Source: Bacteroidota bacterium
GTDB lineage: Bacteria; Bacteroidota; Bacteroidia; B-17B0; Aurantibacillaceae
Direction of reading: 5' to 3'
DNA: 64,000 nucleotides
Assembly (NCBI GenBank): GCA_040389965.1
Contig: JAZJZF010000021.1
Location: forward strand, 79,887 to 143,886
The position numbers were made by a program, and so were the translations under genes. The notes beneath the pieces were generated by a model. The model was not told where the DNA came from and ran no database searches. It worked only from the letters and a program-made list of their open reading frames with translations. Shown here piece by piece: positions 48,832-58,308 of this stretch. Each line of letters starts with the position of its first letter. The first letter of the stretch is position 1.

Positions 48832-50073
48832 TTATTTTTTATTGGTTACTTCTTTTTTCAATGCATCTAATTCCATTTTCAATTGAACAATGTAAAGTGT
48901 CAGCTCTTCAATTTTTTGCATTTGAATATTACTGATTTCAGAAATATTTATGCCTTTTTCTTCAATTTCACAAGCAGTAGGTACGTTTGGTAAATGTTTA
49001 TTTTTTTCATAATAGTCGCGCACATCATACAGATTAGTTAATTTATAATTAGCATCGAACACGAAATCAGGCCAATCTGAAGTTGCTGTTACGTAAAGGT
49101 CTTTACATACAATTTTACCATCTACCATTAACATTGCATTGGCGTGTGCTGTTGATTTTTTAATTCCAATTTGCGTTTGTCCGTTTCCGTATACGACAAA
49201 TGGCTCTTTATAGGTTCCCAAATTATTCGCAACCGTAAATGCTTTCGTTAAATCTCTGGTTACACTAGCCATCATACAATATTTATTATCTACAGTGTGT
49301 TCATCTCTTGCCAAAAAAGTAATATAACTATTATCTGTTTCTGCAATGTCTAATCTTGCCGAAGGTGTGGTTCTGTTGATACCTAAACGTCCTTTATCTA
49401 ATTGCATATATATATTAGCATCATTTCCCCAACGTTGTTGATCCAGGTAAGGATGTCTTTCCCACCACGTTTTAGTGTCTGTACCCGGTGTAATATTTGC
49501 TGTTTCCAAAGAGATACCATCATGAAATTTTGCTTTCCACCAGTCATTCCCTGCTTCTGACCTCACCAACCAAACATTATTGAACATATTATTATACCCG
49601 GAGGCAGTATTATCAGGTCTTCCGCCTTTACTTGTAATTATTTGAAAATTCCCTACAGTAGTTCCCAGAATTGCTCCTTCGTATACATGTAACCTGGCTT
49701 TCGGTGTAGTGATACCTATTCCAAAATTGCCACTACTTACTACCCTAAATTTTTCATATTGGTCTTCTAATACATTTCCTGCTGTAAAAAAAGATAAGTA
49801 ATCACCATTAGTGGCATCCCAACCAGTCTGTAAGAATTTTCGATTGGTTATACTGGAAGTATTGACCCCTATATAACTCCCAAACGGTATACCAATATTA
49901 CCTTCTACATCCAGCTTTTCAACAGCTGCTGTTGTTTTACCAATAGAGACACTTCCATTGTGATACGTAGGATCCGTATTATTGGTAGTTCCCGTGGTAT
50001 TAATAAAAATTTGTGATTTCATTTGCCCGGATACAGCGATCGACAGGCAGGCCATAAAGATTGTTTTTTTCAT
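48832..50073 (-). CDS. Secreted tail-fibre-like protein with a conserved C-terminal WPDFVF..HLP module and coiled coil
   Basis: 413 aa with a signal peptide. The G.[FL]GI..TTP.A[RK]L[HD][VI] motif recurs three times, as in tail-fibre-like proteins. C-terminus SDWPDFVFDANYKL..L.DVRDYYEKNKHLPNVP...QKIEELTLYIVQLK. Confidence 0.6.
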   Translation of the reverse strand: MKKTIFMACLSIAVSGQMKSQIFINTTGTTNNTDPTYHNGSVSIGKTTAAVEKLDVEGNIGIPFGSYIGVNTSSITNRKFLQTGWDATNGDYLSFFTAGNVLEDQYEKFRVVSSGNFGIGITTPKARLHVYEGAILGTTVGNFQIITSKGGRPDNTASGYNNMFNNVWLVRSEAGNDWWKAKFHDGISLETANITPGTDTKTWWERHPYLDQQRWGNDANIYMQLDKGRLGINRTTPSARLDIAETDNSYITFLARDEHTVDNKYCMMASVTRDLTKAFTVANNLGTYKEPFVVYGNGQTQIGIKKSTAHANAMLMVDGKIVCKDLYVTATSDWPDFVFDANYKLTNLYDVRDYYEKNKHLPNVPTACEIEEKGINISEISNIQMQKIEELTLYIVQLKMELDALKKEVTNKK

Positions 50074-50755
50074 TTTGATTTGGTTTTAAATTTATAATTA
50101 CAGTTAATTAAAGTTTTGTTATAGGCATGACTAGTTCATTACCTGCTTTCATGCATAGTCAAGTTAGTTTCAATAATGGTTTTTTGCTTATTCTAATTTC
50201 CTTAGAAATTATTTTTTATAAAGTGAATTTCTCAGTTGCGTTTTTACTCGTTAAATATGATCCAATATTACAACATCAATTTGAAACAAACCTTACCGTA
50301 AAGGGGATTTTTAGCACATTTTATTTTTGCGAAAAAGTTCCGTTTCATAATGCTCAATACTCAAAAAACATATTTACAATACAAAGAAACGAAATAAAAA
50401 AACACAAAATACAAGGCCTTTTGAATCTAAACTTTTTAAAAACATAACCTCCTGTTTTTTAAGTCTATTTTATTTTTATAGCACAAAATTGCTACAAAAT
50501 ATAGCAAAATATACGCGTAAAATTAACAGAAATTTAACAAAGAACACATCTCACATATCCTCATGTAACTCAATAATAACAAGGGTTTTGAATCTCACTT
50601 CGGCAATGACAAAGCATACAGACGGTTTTACTCAGTGGAAATCATAAACAAAAAAAACAGTATTTGCTTTAAATAAAAATCAAGTAATACTACTTGCTTT
50701 TTATAGACTAAAAATCTAAATATGAACTCATAACTATTCCAATTTGAATAAAAAA

Positions 50756-51253
50756 TTACGCCCTTTTACCTAATTCAATAATAGCAAGGTCTTTAATTTC
50801 CGCTTTATTAATCACAAAACGCAATACGGTCTTCACCTGATGGAAGCCGTGGATACCGCATGCACCCGGGTTCATATGCAGCAAATCGTATTGCTGCTGA
50901 TACATCACTTTAAGTATATGTGAGTGACCACAAATAAATAATTTCGGCTTTTCTGCAGCGATTATCTCTTTTACTTCTTTAGTATAATTAGTTGGCTGTC
51001 CACAAATGTGTGTGATAAATACTTTTACTTCTTCGCAGGTAAATACTAAATTCTTTGGGAATTCTTTGCGTGCATTGGCATCATCAATATTACCATACAC
51101 TGCCCGTAAGGGTTTCATTTTTTTGATCGTATCTGTTACTTCTAAATTGCCAATATCTCCTGCATGCCATACTTCATCTGCTGCTTCGATATGTTTTAAA
51201 AGAGCAGGGTCGAGGTAACTATGTGTATCGGAGATAAGAAGAATGTTTGTCAT
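50756..51253 (-). CDS. YfcE/MJ0936-family metallophosphoesterase
   Basis: 165 aa: ISDTHS, GD, GNID, ITHICG, GHSH. Confidence 0.85.
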   Translation of the reverse strand: MTNILLISDTHSYLDPALLKHIEAADEVWHAGDIGNLEVTDTIKKMKPLRAVYGNIDDANARKEFPKNLVFTCEEVKVFITHICGQPTNYTKEVKEIIAAEKPKLFICGHSHILKVMYQQQYDLLHMNPGACGIHGFHQVKTVLRFVINKAEIKDLAIIELGKRA

Positions 51254-51389
51254 ATGTAGATGTTACTATTTTTTAAGGCCATTACTTGTCCCGAACTCGT
51301 TTCGGGGTGGTATAGCCTGTTTTAAACTCTCATCTCTTTATACTTTAGCAAACAGGCTATTTCATTAGGCAAAACTAATCTTTTAAATT

Positions 51390-51428
51390 AAAAAGGCACA
51401 TAGAATCTAACCTCTATGTGCCTTTTTT
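51390..51428. terminator. Strong hairpin terminator after the 51449-54538 gene
   Basis: aaaaaggcacataga / tctatgtgccttttt 15-bp stem flanked by A and T runs. Confidence 0.75.
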
Positions 51429-51448
51429 AATTATTAGTTTTTTATAAT

Positions 51449-54400
51449 TTATTCCTTTACCACTTTTTTGGTAAAGCTATACCTTCCATAATTTACTTTT
51501 ATAAAATAGTTGCCGGAACTTATATTAAGATCATTGGTGTAAATTGTTTTTGTGCATGTTCCTTTGCTCTCTTTAGATGTAGTACGTATCAGTTCTTTAC
51601 CCAGCACATCATAAAGGGCAATAGATACTTCGCTGTCGACCGGTAAATTTACATTCACGGCAATACTTTGGTCAAAAGGATTAGGATAAACGGAAACATT
51701 TCCTGCATCGCTTAATTCATGAATAGCTGTAACAGTACTTGTATTAAAGGCAATTGTTTGTCCGTTTGAGCTGATTATATTACTATAAAGCCCTGCTCCA
51801 TTTTCGGAGCGTACATTAAAGAAATAAGTTGTCCCCTGTGTTAATACCAGGTTATGTGCTGTAACGGTTGTGTCGCCCCAATTGCTCGTCCAAGGTAATG
51901 TATTAGTTGCTCCGGCTGTCGTCCCAATCGAATACCAATAGCGGGCAATACCTGAATGCGGATCGGAAGAAGAACGCCAGTTAGCAGATAAGGAATCGCT
52001 GGCCGTTACCGAATTAATATCTGCCGCTTTACCATCGTTAATGGTATTAATGTTTGAAGGGTTTGTCCAGTCTATATTATTATCGTAATAAAAAATAGAA
52101 GACAAATTTCCTGCCCCATCATTTACAATCGATTTTATTTTGCACGAATTTAATACAGGCGACGGATTTTGATACCGAACATCATTGTTGTTACCACTGC
52201 CCACAGAGACACTCACAGAAGCTGTAGGACGCGAGCGATAGACTTTAATTTCGTCGAGGCTCCACTTACAGTTACCGCTTCTGAAAGAAATATAACCACC
52301 ACTGGCAAGTGGCGTAGGATCTGTCCAGCTGGCAATACTTGTATTATCTTTATATACGTCCATTTTCCCTGTAATGCGGTCATAGATCACTTTAAAATCG
52401 TACCACTGGTTTGCTGTAAAAGAAACAGGCGCTGTAAATGTAGGAGAACCAAATATATTGACGCCTCCCGAATAAGAGGTTTCATAAAGCTGCACCTGCT
52501 GTGTACCGTCTAAACGAAAATACACGAAATAGGAATTACCGCGGTTTACAGAATCAGGATGATTCACAAAAAAATGAAAGCCTGCTCTTCTGTTTGTTCC
52601 TGAGCCATCTATCTTTGCTTTAAAATTATACAGGTAACGGTTTGAGAGTGTTTGTGTGAGTGCTGCATAAATATTGGTATTGGAGGCTGCCGCGCTTACT
52701 TCGTCGGTTTGTTCGAGTGCATTGTTATTAATGCCCCATACGCCTGTCTTTTGGGTCCATTCGGGATGAATAGCCACATCGAAGTTATCGGAGAAAAATC
52801 CGTGTGTGTAATTCCCCCTCCATTCTGTTCCGTCAAAATCAATGACCTGGTAGTAGCTTTTTTCAAGACCTGATCCTCCCGCGTCGGCATCTGTAAAAGA
52901 AGCTACAAAACCTGTAGTATCCCAGGCATTGGCGGTACTTACCTGTGTCGTTGGGACTACATTATCAACCGTATTGGTTGCTACAGCATTGCTGGTATAG
53001 GTTGCAACCCATCCTGCAGCTGTGGTAGCACAATCTGACCTGAATTCGATTAATAAACTGGAACCGGTTGAATTAATATTACCGGGAGACACTGTACTCG
53101 TATACTTCCCTATTAACGGTGCATTTACTGTACTACCGTCATAAATAAACAGATAGTCATAATTATTTTCGAGGCTGAAAGATGTAAAGTTCATACTTAT
53201 GGATGTAGCTCCGGAAGGTTGAAACAGCCACAATTTACGTTCATCATTACTGTAATTGGCACCTGCCCCGCCTGTATCATAAAATGCACCACTTGTTGCT
53301 GTAACCGTTGTTACGGTTGGAGTATTATTTAATAATTTGTAATATTTATCCCAGTTCCAGTAAGGCCCCGGATCATTATGCGTTTGATTCGGGAACATCT
53401 GGTGACCTTTTATTTTTACACAAGTTCCTTGCTGGCACTGCTGAGTAGTGCCGCTACAGCCAGGACCGAAATAACAACGTAAAGGACTGATGGCATAATC
53501 CGTGCACATATCTCTTACAAGCGCTGCGCTTGAAGTGAGCATGGCCGTAGTATACCAGGATGCATTATTATTATAGCCTTCATGTTCTATCCCTAAAGTA
53601 TATGGATTCTCAGATCCGATATGCCATGCCTTGTTGCTTTCTAAAACCATCTGTGTGATTTGTCCATCAGAACTACGCACCACATAATGTGCAGAAGCAC
53701 TGGCGCTACAATTTTTAAACCAGGAGATGCAACCGGCATAACTCCCTTCTACATCATGTATTGCCACCATAGTAATAGCTGTACCATTTCTGGAACCGTA
53801 ATTACAAGTAGTAAAATCTGACAGGGCTGGTGCATAATCGACAGACACCACCGAATTGGAAACATTTGTTGCCGTAAAGGAATTTCCTGAACCGTTAGTA
53901 ATGGAAGAAGAGCTTATAATAATAGATGAAGAGCTTAGCACTTCGTAATTGCTTCCAAATACGGCTCTCATATTAATCAGGTAATCAGGAAAATTATAAA
54001 AATCCTGAAACTCTCCGTTCGATAAAAACCAGTATAATTGATACAACTGCGTATTCATGGCAAAATCATTTTGCAGGTCGTTCGTTAACGGTAATTCGCT
54101 CAATGCCACAAACAAAGGTTTATAATCTTCTATCCTATTTCCTGTAATGGCAAGCTGTTGCTGCAATACAGAAAAAGCTTTGGCATAGGCCAGGATATTT
54201 TTTTCAGGATTGGTTTTTATATCCTGCACCGAATAGCCTGATAGTTGAGCTACGGTTATTAAATTATTTCTGAAATAACCCTGTCCGTTTTCTGTAAGGC
54301 CCATTACACCATAAGCCGTGGGATAACCAATACAGCTTGGTTCAACTATGGCGTTTAAATGCGCGAAACGACTTTGCGAGTATGCTACAGATTCTAAAAC

Positions 54401-54538
54401 ACCTTTGGGGATAGAAGGATTTAAGCTGTAGGCTTTTCTAAATGAGCTTGCATAAGGATTGGTAACTAGCAGCTCGTTATTGTCTGCAAATGATTGAACA
54501 GTAAAGATGACAGAAAGAATCAGTAAAAGTTTTCGCAT
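51449..54538 (-). CDS. Secreted multidomain peptidoglycan hydrolase with an SLT-like region, Amidase_2/PGRP domain, CUB-like, LamG-like and FN3-like modules and a T9SS type A sorting domain
   Basis: 1029 aa with a signal peptide. N-terminus LESVAYSQSRF...YGVMGL resembles the E-S/GLMQ lytic transglycosylase motifs. Amidase_2: AHYVVRSSDGQITQMV...AWHIGS.NPYTLGIEHEG...HNDPGPYWNW. CUB-like: YDYLFIYDGS...LLIEFRSD. C-terminus VYPNPFDQSIAV...GNYFIKV...KKVVKE. Confidence 0.8.
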   Translation of the reverse strand: MRKLLLILSVIFTVQSFADNNELLVTNPYASSFRKAYSLNPSIPKGVLESVAYSQSRFAHLNAIVEPSCIGYPTAYGVMGLTENGQGYFRNNLITVAQLSGYSVQDIKTNPEKNILAYAKAFSVLQQQLAITGNRIEDYKPLFVALSELPLTNDLQNDFAMNTQLYQLYWFLSNGEFQDFYNFPDYLINMRAVFGSNYEVLSSSSIIISSSSITNGSGNSFTATNVSNSVVSVDYAPALSDFTTCNYGSRNGTAITMVAIHDVEGSYAGCISWFKNCSASASAHYVVRSSDGQITQMVLESNKAWHIGSENPYTLGIEHEGYNNNASWYTTAMLTSSAALVRDMCTDYAISPLRCYFGPGCSGTTQQCQQGTCVKIKGHQMFPNQTHNDPGPYWNWDKYYKLLNNTPTVTTVTATSGAFYDTGGAGANYSNDERKLWLFQPSGATSISMNFTSFSLENNYDYLFIYDGSTVNAPLIGKYTSTVSPGNINSTGSSLLIEFRSDCATTAAGWVATYTSNAVATNTVDNVVPTTQVSTANAWDTTGFVASFTDADAGGSGLEKSYYQVIDFDGTEWRGNYTHGFFSDNFDVAIHPEWTQKTGVWGINNNALEQTDEVSAAASNTNIYAALTQTLSNRYLYNFKAKIDGSGTNRRAGFHFFVNHPDSVNRGNSYFVYFRLDGTQQVQLYETSYSGGVNIFGSPTFTAPVSFTANQWYDFKVIYDRITGKMDVYKDNTSIASWTDPTPLASGGYISFRSGNCKWSLDEIKVYRSRPTASVSVSVGSGNNNDVRYQNPSPVLNSCKIKSIVNDGAGNLSSIFYYDNNIDWTNPSNINTINDGKAADINSVTASDSLSANWRSSSDPHSGIARYWYSIGTTAGATNTLPWTSNWGDTTVTAHNLVLTQGTTYFFNVRSENGAGLYSNIISSNGQTIAFNTSTVTAIHELSDAGNVSVYPNPFDQSIAVNVNLPVDSEVSIALYDVLGKELIRTTSKESKGTCTKTIYTNDLNISSGNYFIKVNYGRYSFTKKVVKE

Positions 54539-54824
54539 GGATGAAACGTATTTATTCTTTTAAAAATAGAGAAAATACGAGTGACTTAAAAGTTAATTTT
54601 TTGCTAAAAAGGTTTAGAAGGAATAACTTTTTTATTTCCATTTTCTTGACAGGGCAAGGACGGTCTTGAAAAGCTTCGAAATAGGATATAATTAAGCCTG
54701 GCATGGCTTCTGCTTTAATTATCTATCTTTCTCATTCTTTTTGCTTGAACAAAAAGAATCAAAAATTCAAGACGAAACGCCAACCTCCATTTTTTTACGC
54801 TCATGCCTTCCCAGGAAACGGAGT

Positions 54825-54854
54825 GAAAAAATGGTGGTTCGCACCGTTTCACCA
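54825..54854 (-). terminator. Possible terminator of the truA/ABC exporter operon
   Basis: On the minus strand, a tggtg...cacca stem followed by a T6 run, about 50 nt after the stop codon. The stem is weak. Confidence 0.3.
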
Positions 54855-54904
54855 AATCAGCCGCACTATTACCAACGTAGTAATAATGTGATACTAAGTT
54901 CGAT

Positions 54905-56683
54905 CTACGCAAACTCCAGCATTTTACGATATATACCATCTACTTTATCCTTTAGATCGGCTGTATTACCCTGTTCGGTAATTTTTCCCTTATCCATCAC
55001 AATAATGCTATCGGCATGATGAATCGTAGATAAACGGTGCGCAATAATAATAGAAGTTCTGTCTTTTGATAATTCGAAAGAGGCTTTTTGAATTAATTTT
55101 TCTGTTTCCAGATCAATTGATGATGTGGCTTCATCGAGTACAAATACCGGTGGGTTATATACATAAGCTCTTACAAAGGCTACTAATTGCCGTTGTCCGG
55201 CAGAAAGCATGGCACCCCGTTCTTTTACATGGTAATGATAACCGTTTGGCAACTCCTGTAAAAAATCGTGGATCCCTATTTTTTTAGCGGCTGCAATCAC
55301 ATCTGCTTCTGTTATTTGCGGGTTATGCAACGTGATATTATTTAAGATGGTATCATTAAATAAAAACACATCCTGTAATACCACGCCAACCGATCTTCTT
55401 AGTTCATCGAGTTTGTAATCTGTAATATTGATATCATCTATTAAAATACTGCCTTTATTGATCTCATAAAAGCGACTCAATAAATTAATGATACTCGATT
55501 TACCTGCACCCGTAGCGCCAATGATAGCAGCGGTTTTCCCTCTATCAATGGTAAAAGAGAGTCCTTTCAATACAAAATTTTCTTCTTTATAGGCAAACCA
55601 TACCTCTTTAAATTCTATTTTACCTTTTATATTTTGTGCGGAGACTGTTCCCTTGTCGTGGATGATGTCTTCTGTATCAAGTACCTTAAACACACGTTCA
55701 GAAGCAACGATTCCCATTTGCAAGGTATTTAAACGATCAGCAAGCATGCGTATGGGTCTGAACACCATATTGATCATCATGATAAAGAAGGTGATATCAC
55801 CCAGTTTTAAATTATAGGTATTTGATTTAACGCCTGCAAACCATACAAACAGGGCAATAGATATGGCTGAAAGGATTTCCACTACCGGAAAAAATACAGA
55901 GTAATACCAAATGGAACGGATATTAGCCACTTTATGTTTTTCATTAATCGCGCTGAATTTTTCGTATTCGATCTTCTCCCGGTTAAACAACTGAATAATA
56001 CGCATACCTGTAATATGCTCATTGGTAAAGGCATTTAAGGAAGCCACCGCATTACGCACTTCGGTAAATGTTTTTTTAACACCATTCTTAAATAAATTGG
56101 TAGCAATCAATAATAAAGGAATTGTACTTAAGGTTACCATTGCAATAGCCCAGTTTTTATAAAACATGGCACTTACAAAAATAATGATGGTTAAAATATC
56201 GCCGGCAATGACAATAAAACCTTGCGAAAACACATCGCTTAAACTTTCAATATCGGAAACAGAACGTGTAACAAGGGTTCCCACAGGTGTATTATCGAAA
56301 TAGGTATTCTTTAATTTTAAAATGTGCTTATATACCTGTAAACGCAGGTCTTTCACAATATTTTGACCCAACAGGTTAGTGATATAAATATTGGTAAATT
56401 GTAAAGCAGCTTCCAGTAATAAAATCCCTACAAGAAATAATCCCATAACATTTACGAAATGTAATTTATCTACAGGGCCTTTATAACCTTCTGCTGTGGG
56501 GTCTTCTACTCCAATAGCGTTTAATGTTTGGTTAATAAGCAATGGCCTTACAATGGCTAACGCCGACAACACCAGGGTTAATAGAATAGCCAGGTAAAAT
56601 AAGGATTTATAAGGCTTACTATAAGACAGAATCCTTTTTAATAAATTAATATTAAGCTGCTTTTTTTTCTTTGCTTCAGACAT
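54905..56683 (-). CDS. ABC transporter, fused permease/ATPase (MsbA-like exporter)
   Basis: 592 aa: a six-TM N-terminal half, Walker A GATGAGKSS, signature LSAGQRQ and Walker B VFVLDEATS. Confidence 0.9.
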   Translation of the reverse strand: MSEAKKKKQLNINLLKRILSYSKPYKSLFYLAILLTLVLSALAIVRPLLINQTLNAIGVEDPTAEGYKGPVDKLHFVNVMGLFLVGILLLEAALQFTNIYITNLLGQNIVKDLRLQVYKHILKLKNTYFDNTPVGTLVTRSVSDIESLSDVFSQGFIVIAGDILTIIIFVSAMFYKNWAIAMVTLSTIPLLLIATNLFKNGVKKTFTEVRNAVASLNAFTNEHITGMRIIQLFNREKIEYEKFSAINEKHKVANIRSIWYYSVFFPVVEILSAISIALFVWFAGVKSNTYNLKLGDITFFIMMINMVFRPIRMLADRLNTLQMGIVASERVFKVLDTEDIIHDKGTVSAQNIKGKIEFKEVWFAYKEENFVLKGLSFTIDRGKTAAIIGATGAGKSSIINLLSRFYEINKGSILIDDINITDYKLDELRRSVGVVLQDVFLFNDTILNNITLHNPQITEADVIAAAKKIGIHDFLQELPNGYHYHVKERGAMLSAGQRQLVAFVRAYVYNPPVFVLDEATSSIDLETEKLIQKASFELSKDRTSIIIAHRLSTIHHADSIIVMDKGKITEQGNTADLKDKVDGIYRKMLEFA

Positions 56684-57440
56684 TAAAAATAGTTTCCGGG
56701 TATTGAATATGTGTTAAGTATAAAGCATGTCCCGGTGCCGACATTCCTGCGGCTGAACGGTTTTTACTTTGTACAATTTGTTTGAATTCTTCTATACTCA
56801 TTTTTTCTTTCCCCACTTCCAGTAATGTGCCAACAATGGCTCGTACCATATTCCGTAAAAAGCGGTTAGCGGTTATTTTAAAAACAAACTCTTCTTCATT
56901 TAGTTTAACCCATTGTGCCTGCGTCACAGTGCAATTATTGGTATGTGTTTGGGTATTTACTTTGCTAAAGCTTGTAAAATCGGTTACGGAGAGCAAATAC
57001 TGTGCTGCTTCGTTCATTTGCTCGAAGTTAAGTTTACCAAAAACATATAAAGAGCTGTTATAGATAAAAGGGTCTTTTGAACGGTGAATATAATACTCGT
57101 AGCTCCTCCATTGGGCATCGAAACGGGCGCTGGCATTATCTTTTACCCAATATAGCTGTTTAGCGGCTATTTCGTAAGGCAGTACTTTATTTAATTTATA
57201 CAGGCAATTTGCTTCCGGTAAATGCAGATTTGTTTTTTCGGAATCGAAATGTGCGAAATAGTCTTTGGCATGTACGCCTGTATCGGTACGGCCACAGCCA
57301 ACAATTTCAATGGTTTCCGACAAAATCATAGAAAGCTTTTCGCGAAGTACCTGCTGAATGGTATTTGGGGTATTATCCTGTTCCTGCCAACCATTATAGT
57401 TGGTGCCATTATATGCTAGCTGAATAAAATAACGAGGCAT
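56676..57440 (-). CDS. truA: tRNA pseudouridine(38-40) synthase
   Basis: 254 aa: YNGT.Y.GWQ.Q, with the catalytic Asp in GCGRTDTGVHA. It overlaps the ABC exporter gene by 8 nt. Confidence 0.93.
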   Translation of the reverse strand: MPRYFIQLAYNGTNYNGWQEQDNTPNTIQQVLREKLSMILSETIEIVGCGRTDTGVHAKDYFAHFDSEKTNLHLPEANCLYKLNKVLPYEIAAKQLYWVKDNASARFDAQWRSYEYYIHRSKDPFIYNSSLYVFGKLNFEQMNEAAQYLLSVTDFTSFSKVNTQTHTNNCTVTQAQWVKLNEEEFVFKITANRFLRNMVRAIVGTLLEVGKEKMSIEEFKQIVQSKNRSAAGMSAPGHALYLTHIQYPETIFNV

Positions 57441-57599
57441 TGGGTCAAAGATACTAATTTGGATGAGAATTTTAAAGAGATTTATATGTCTGCCAGGTTA
57501 ATACGTAATTATGTTTTTATTTTTTAACGTATCATTTTTTGTAAATGGTCTATAAAAATGCACCTTTATTAAAACTAATTACCCGTTAATACAGAGCTT

Positions 57600-57788
57600 A
57601 TGAAATACGATTGGATAAACGTTGTGCTTATTTATCTTTATGCCAGCGCATTCGTATCTCAGGTCATTGGTGAAAAAAGGAAAATCGGGTATCGTAAATC
57701 TGCCTACTGGTGCCTTATCTTAACGCCTTTTATTGGCCTTATCATTACTTTATTAAGTCCAAAACTTAAAAACAAAAGCTTAATTTAA
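57600..57788 (+). CDS. Possible small two-TM membrane protein
   Basis: 62 aa with two hydrophobic helices separated by a basic loop. No recognisable family, so it may not be real. Confidence 0.35.
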   Translation: MKYDWINVVLIYLYASAFVSQVIGEKRKIGYRKSAYWCLILTPFIGLIITLLSPKLKNKSLI

Positions 57789-57808
57789 TTTCCGGTTTAT
57801 GAGAGGGA

Positions 57809-58285
57809 TTAAACTTCAGGAATATAAGGTCCTCCGGTTTCGCCCCAGCCCCATTTAGGCATAGGTTCATTATGAGATACAGGGTTTTCTGTCAGTTGAG
57901 AATTGATAACCGCTATGCGTGTCCCCCACTCTATGTATCCTACAAAGGCAGAGCGAAATTCAGGGTCGCTTTTTAAGCCTACTTCATCGGCAGTTTGTAT
58001 TAAGAGGTCAATCCAACGGCGACGTTTTTCTTCACTAAGCATTTTTCCTATGTGATGACCTACCATAGCAGAATGGCTTCCACCATCTTCTGTGGTATAC
58101 AGCTTTTCTCCGCCAAACACTTCGGCTACAAAATGCGACACGTGCTTTACATGTTCCGAAGACATATTTTTAAACACCTCTCCTAAGAGATCATCTTTTA
58201 AAACTTTATCGTAAAACTTCCCAAATAAGGTTTCAAAGGTTTGCATATCCCCTGCCCATTCGTATAAAGTTGGTATATTTTTCAT
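57809..58285 (-). CDS. Group II truncated hemoglobin (GlbO/YjbI-like)
   Basis: 158 aa: LYEWAGG-like start, FY..V..D..L...F, then the H..F....FGG and H....L..E...RW pattern of 2-on-2 globins. Confidence 0.75.
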   Translation of the reverse strand: MKNIPTLYEWAGDMQTFETLFGKFYDKVLKDDLLGEVFKNMSSEHVKHVSHFVAEVFGGEKLYTTEDGGSHSAMVGHHIGKMLSEEKRRRWIDLLIQTADEVGLKSDPEFRSAFVGYIEWGTRIAVINSQLTENPVSHNEPMPKWGWGETGGPYIPEV

Positions 58286-58308
58286 TTTCTGCTTGTCTCG
58301 TTTATGCT

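Noticed and set aside
48832-50073. Prophage or phage remnant suggested by the tail-fibre-like protein.
   Set aside because: The neighbourhood has no capsid, terminase, integrase, baseplate or lysis genes. The protein has a Sec signal peptide and is in an operon with T9SS cargo.
50127-50447. A 106-aa plus-strand ORF in the long spacer.
   Set aside because: The translation is low-complexity and AT-driven (F/L/N/K/I-rich), with no signal peptide, motif or plausible promoter context. I treat it as noncoding, but see the finding on this spacer.
54832-54856. A tRNA-like 3' end (ggttcgcacc....cacca).
   Set aside because: The flanks do not form a T-arm or acceptor stem, and no cloverleaf can be drawn. 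The hairpin plus T run on the minus strand is better read as a weak terminator.
54703-55019. Three mutually overlapping 62-92-aa ORFs on both strands in the amidase/ABC spacer.
   Set aside because: They are mutually exclusive and have no recognisable features. One runs into the 3' end of the ABC exporter gene. The region more likely holds a terminator and the promoter or leader of the 54538 gene.
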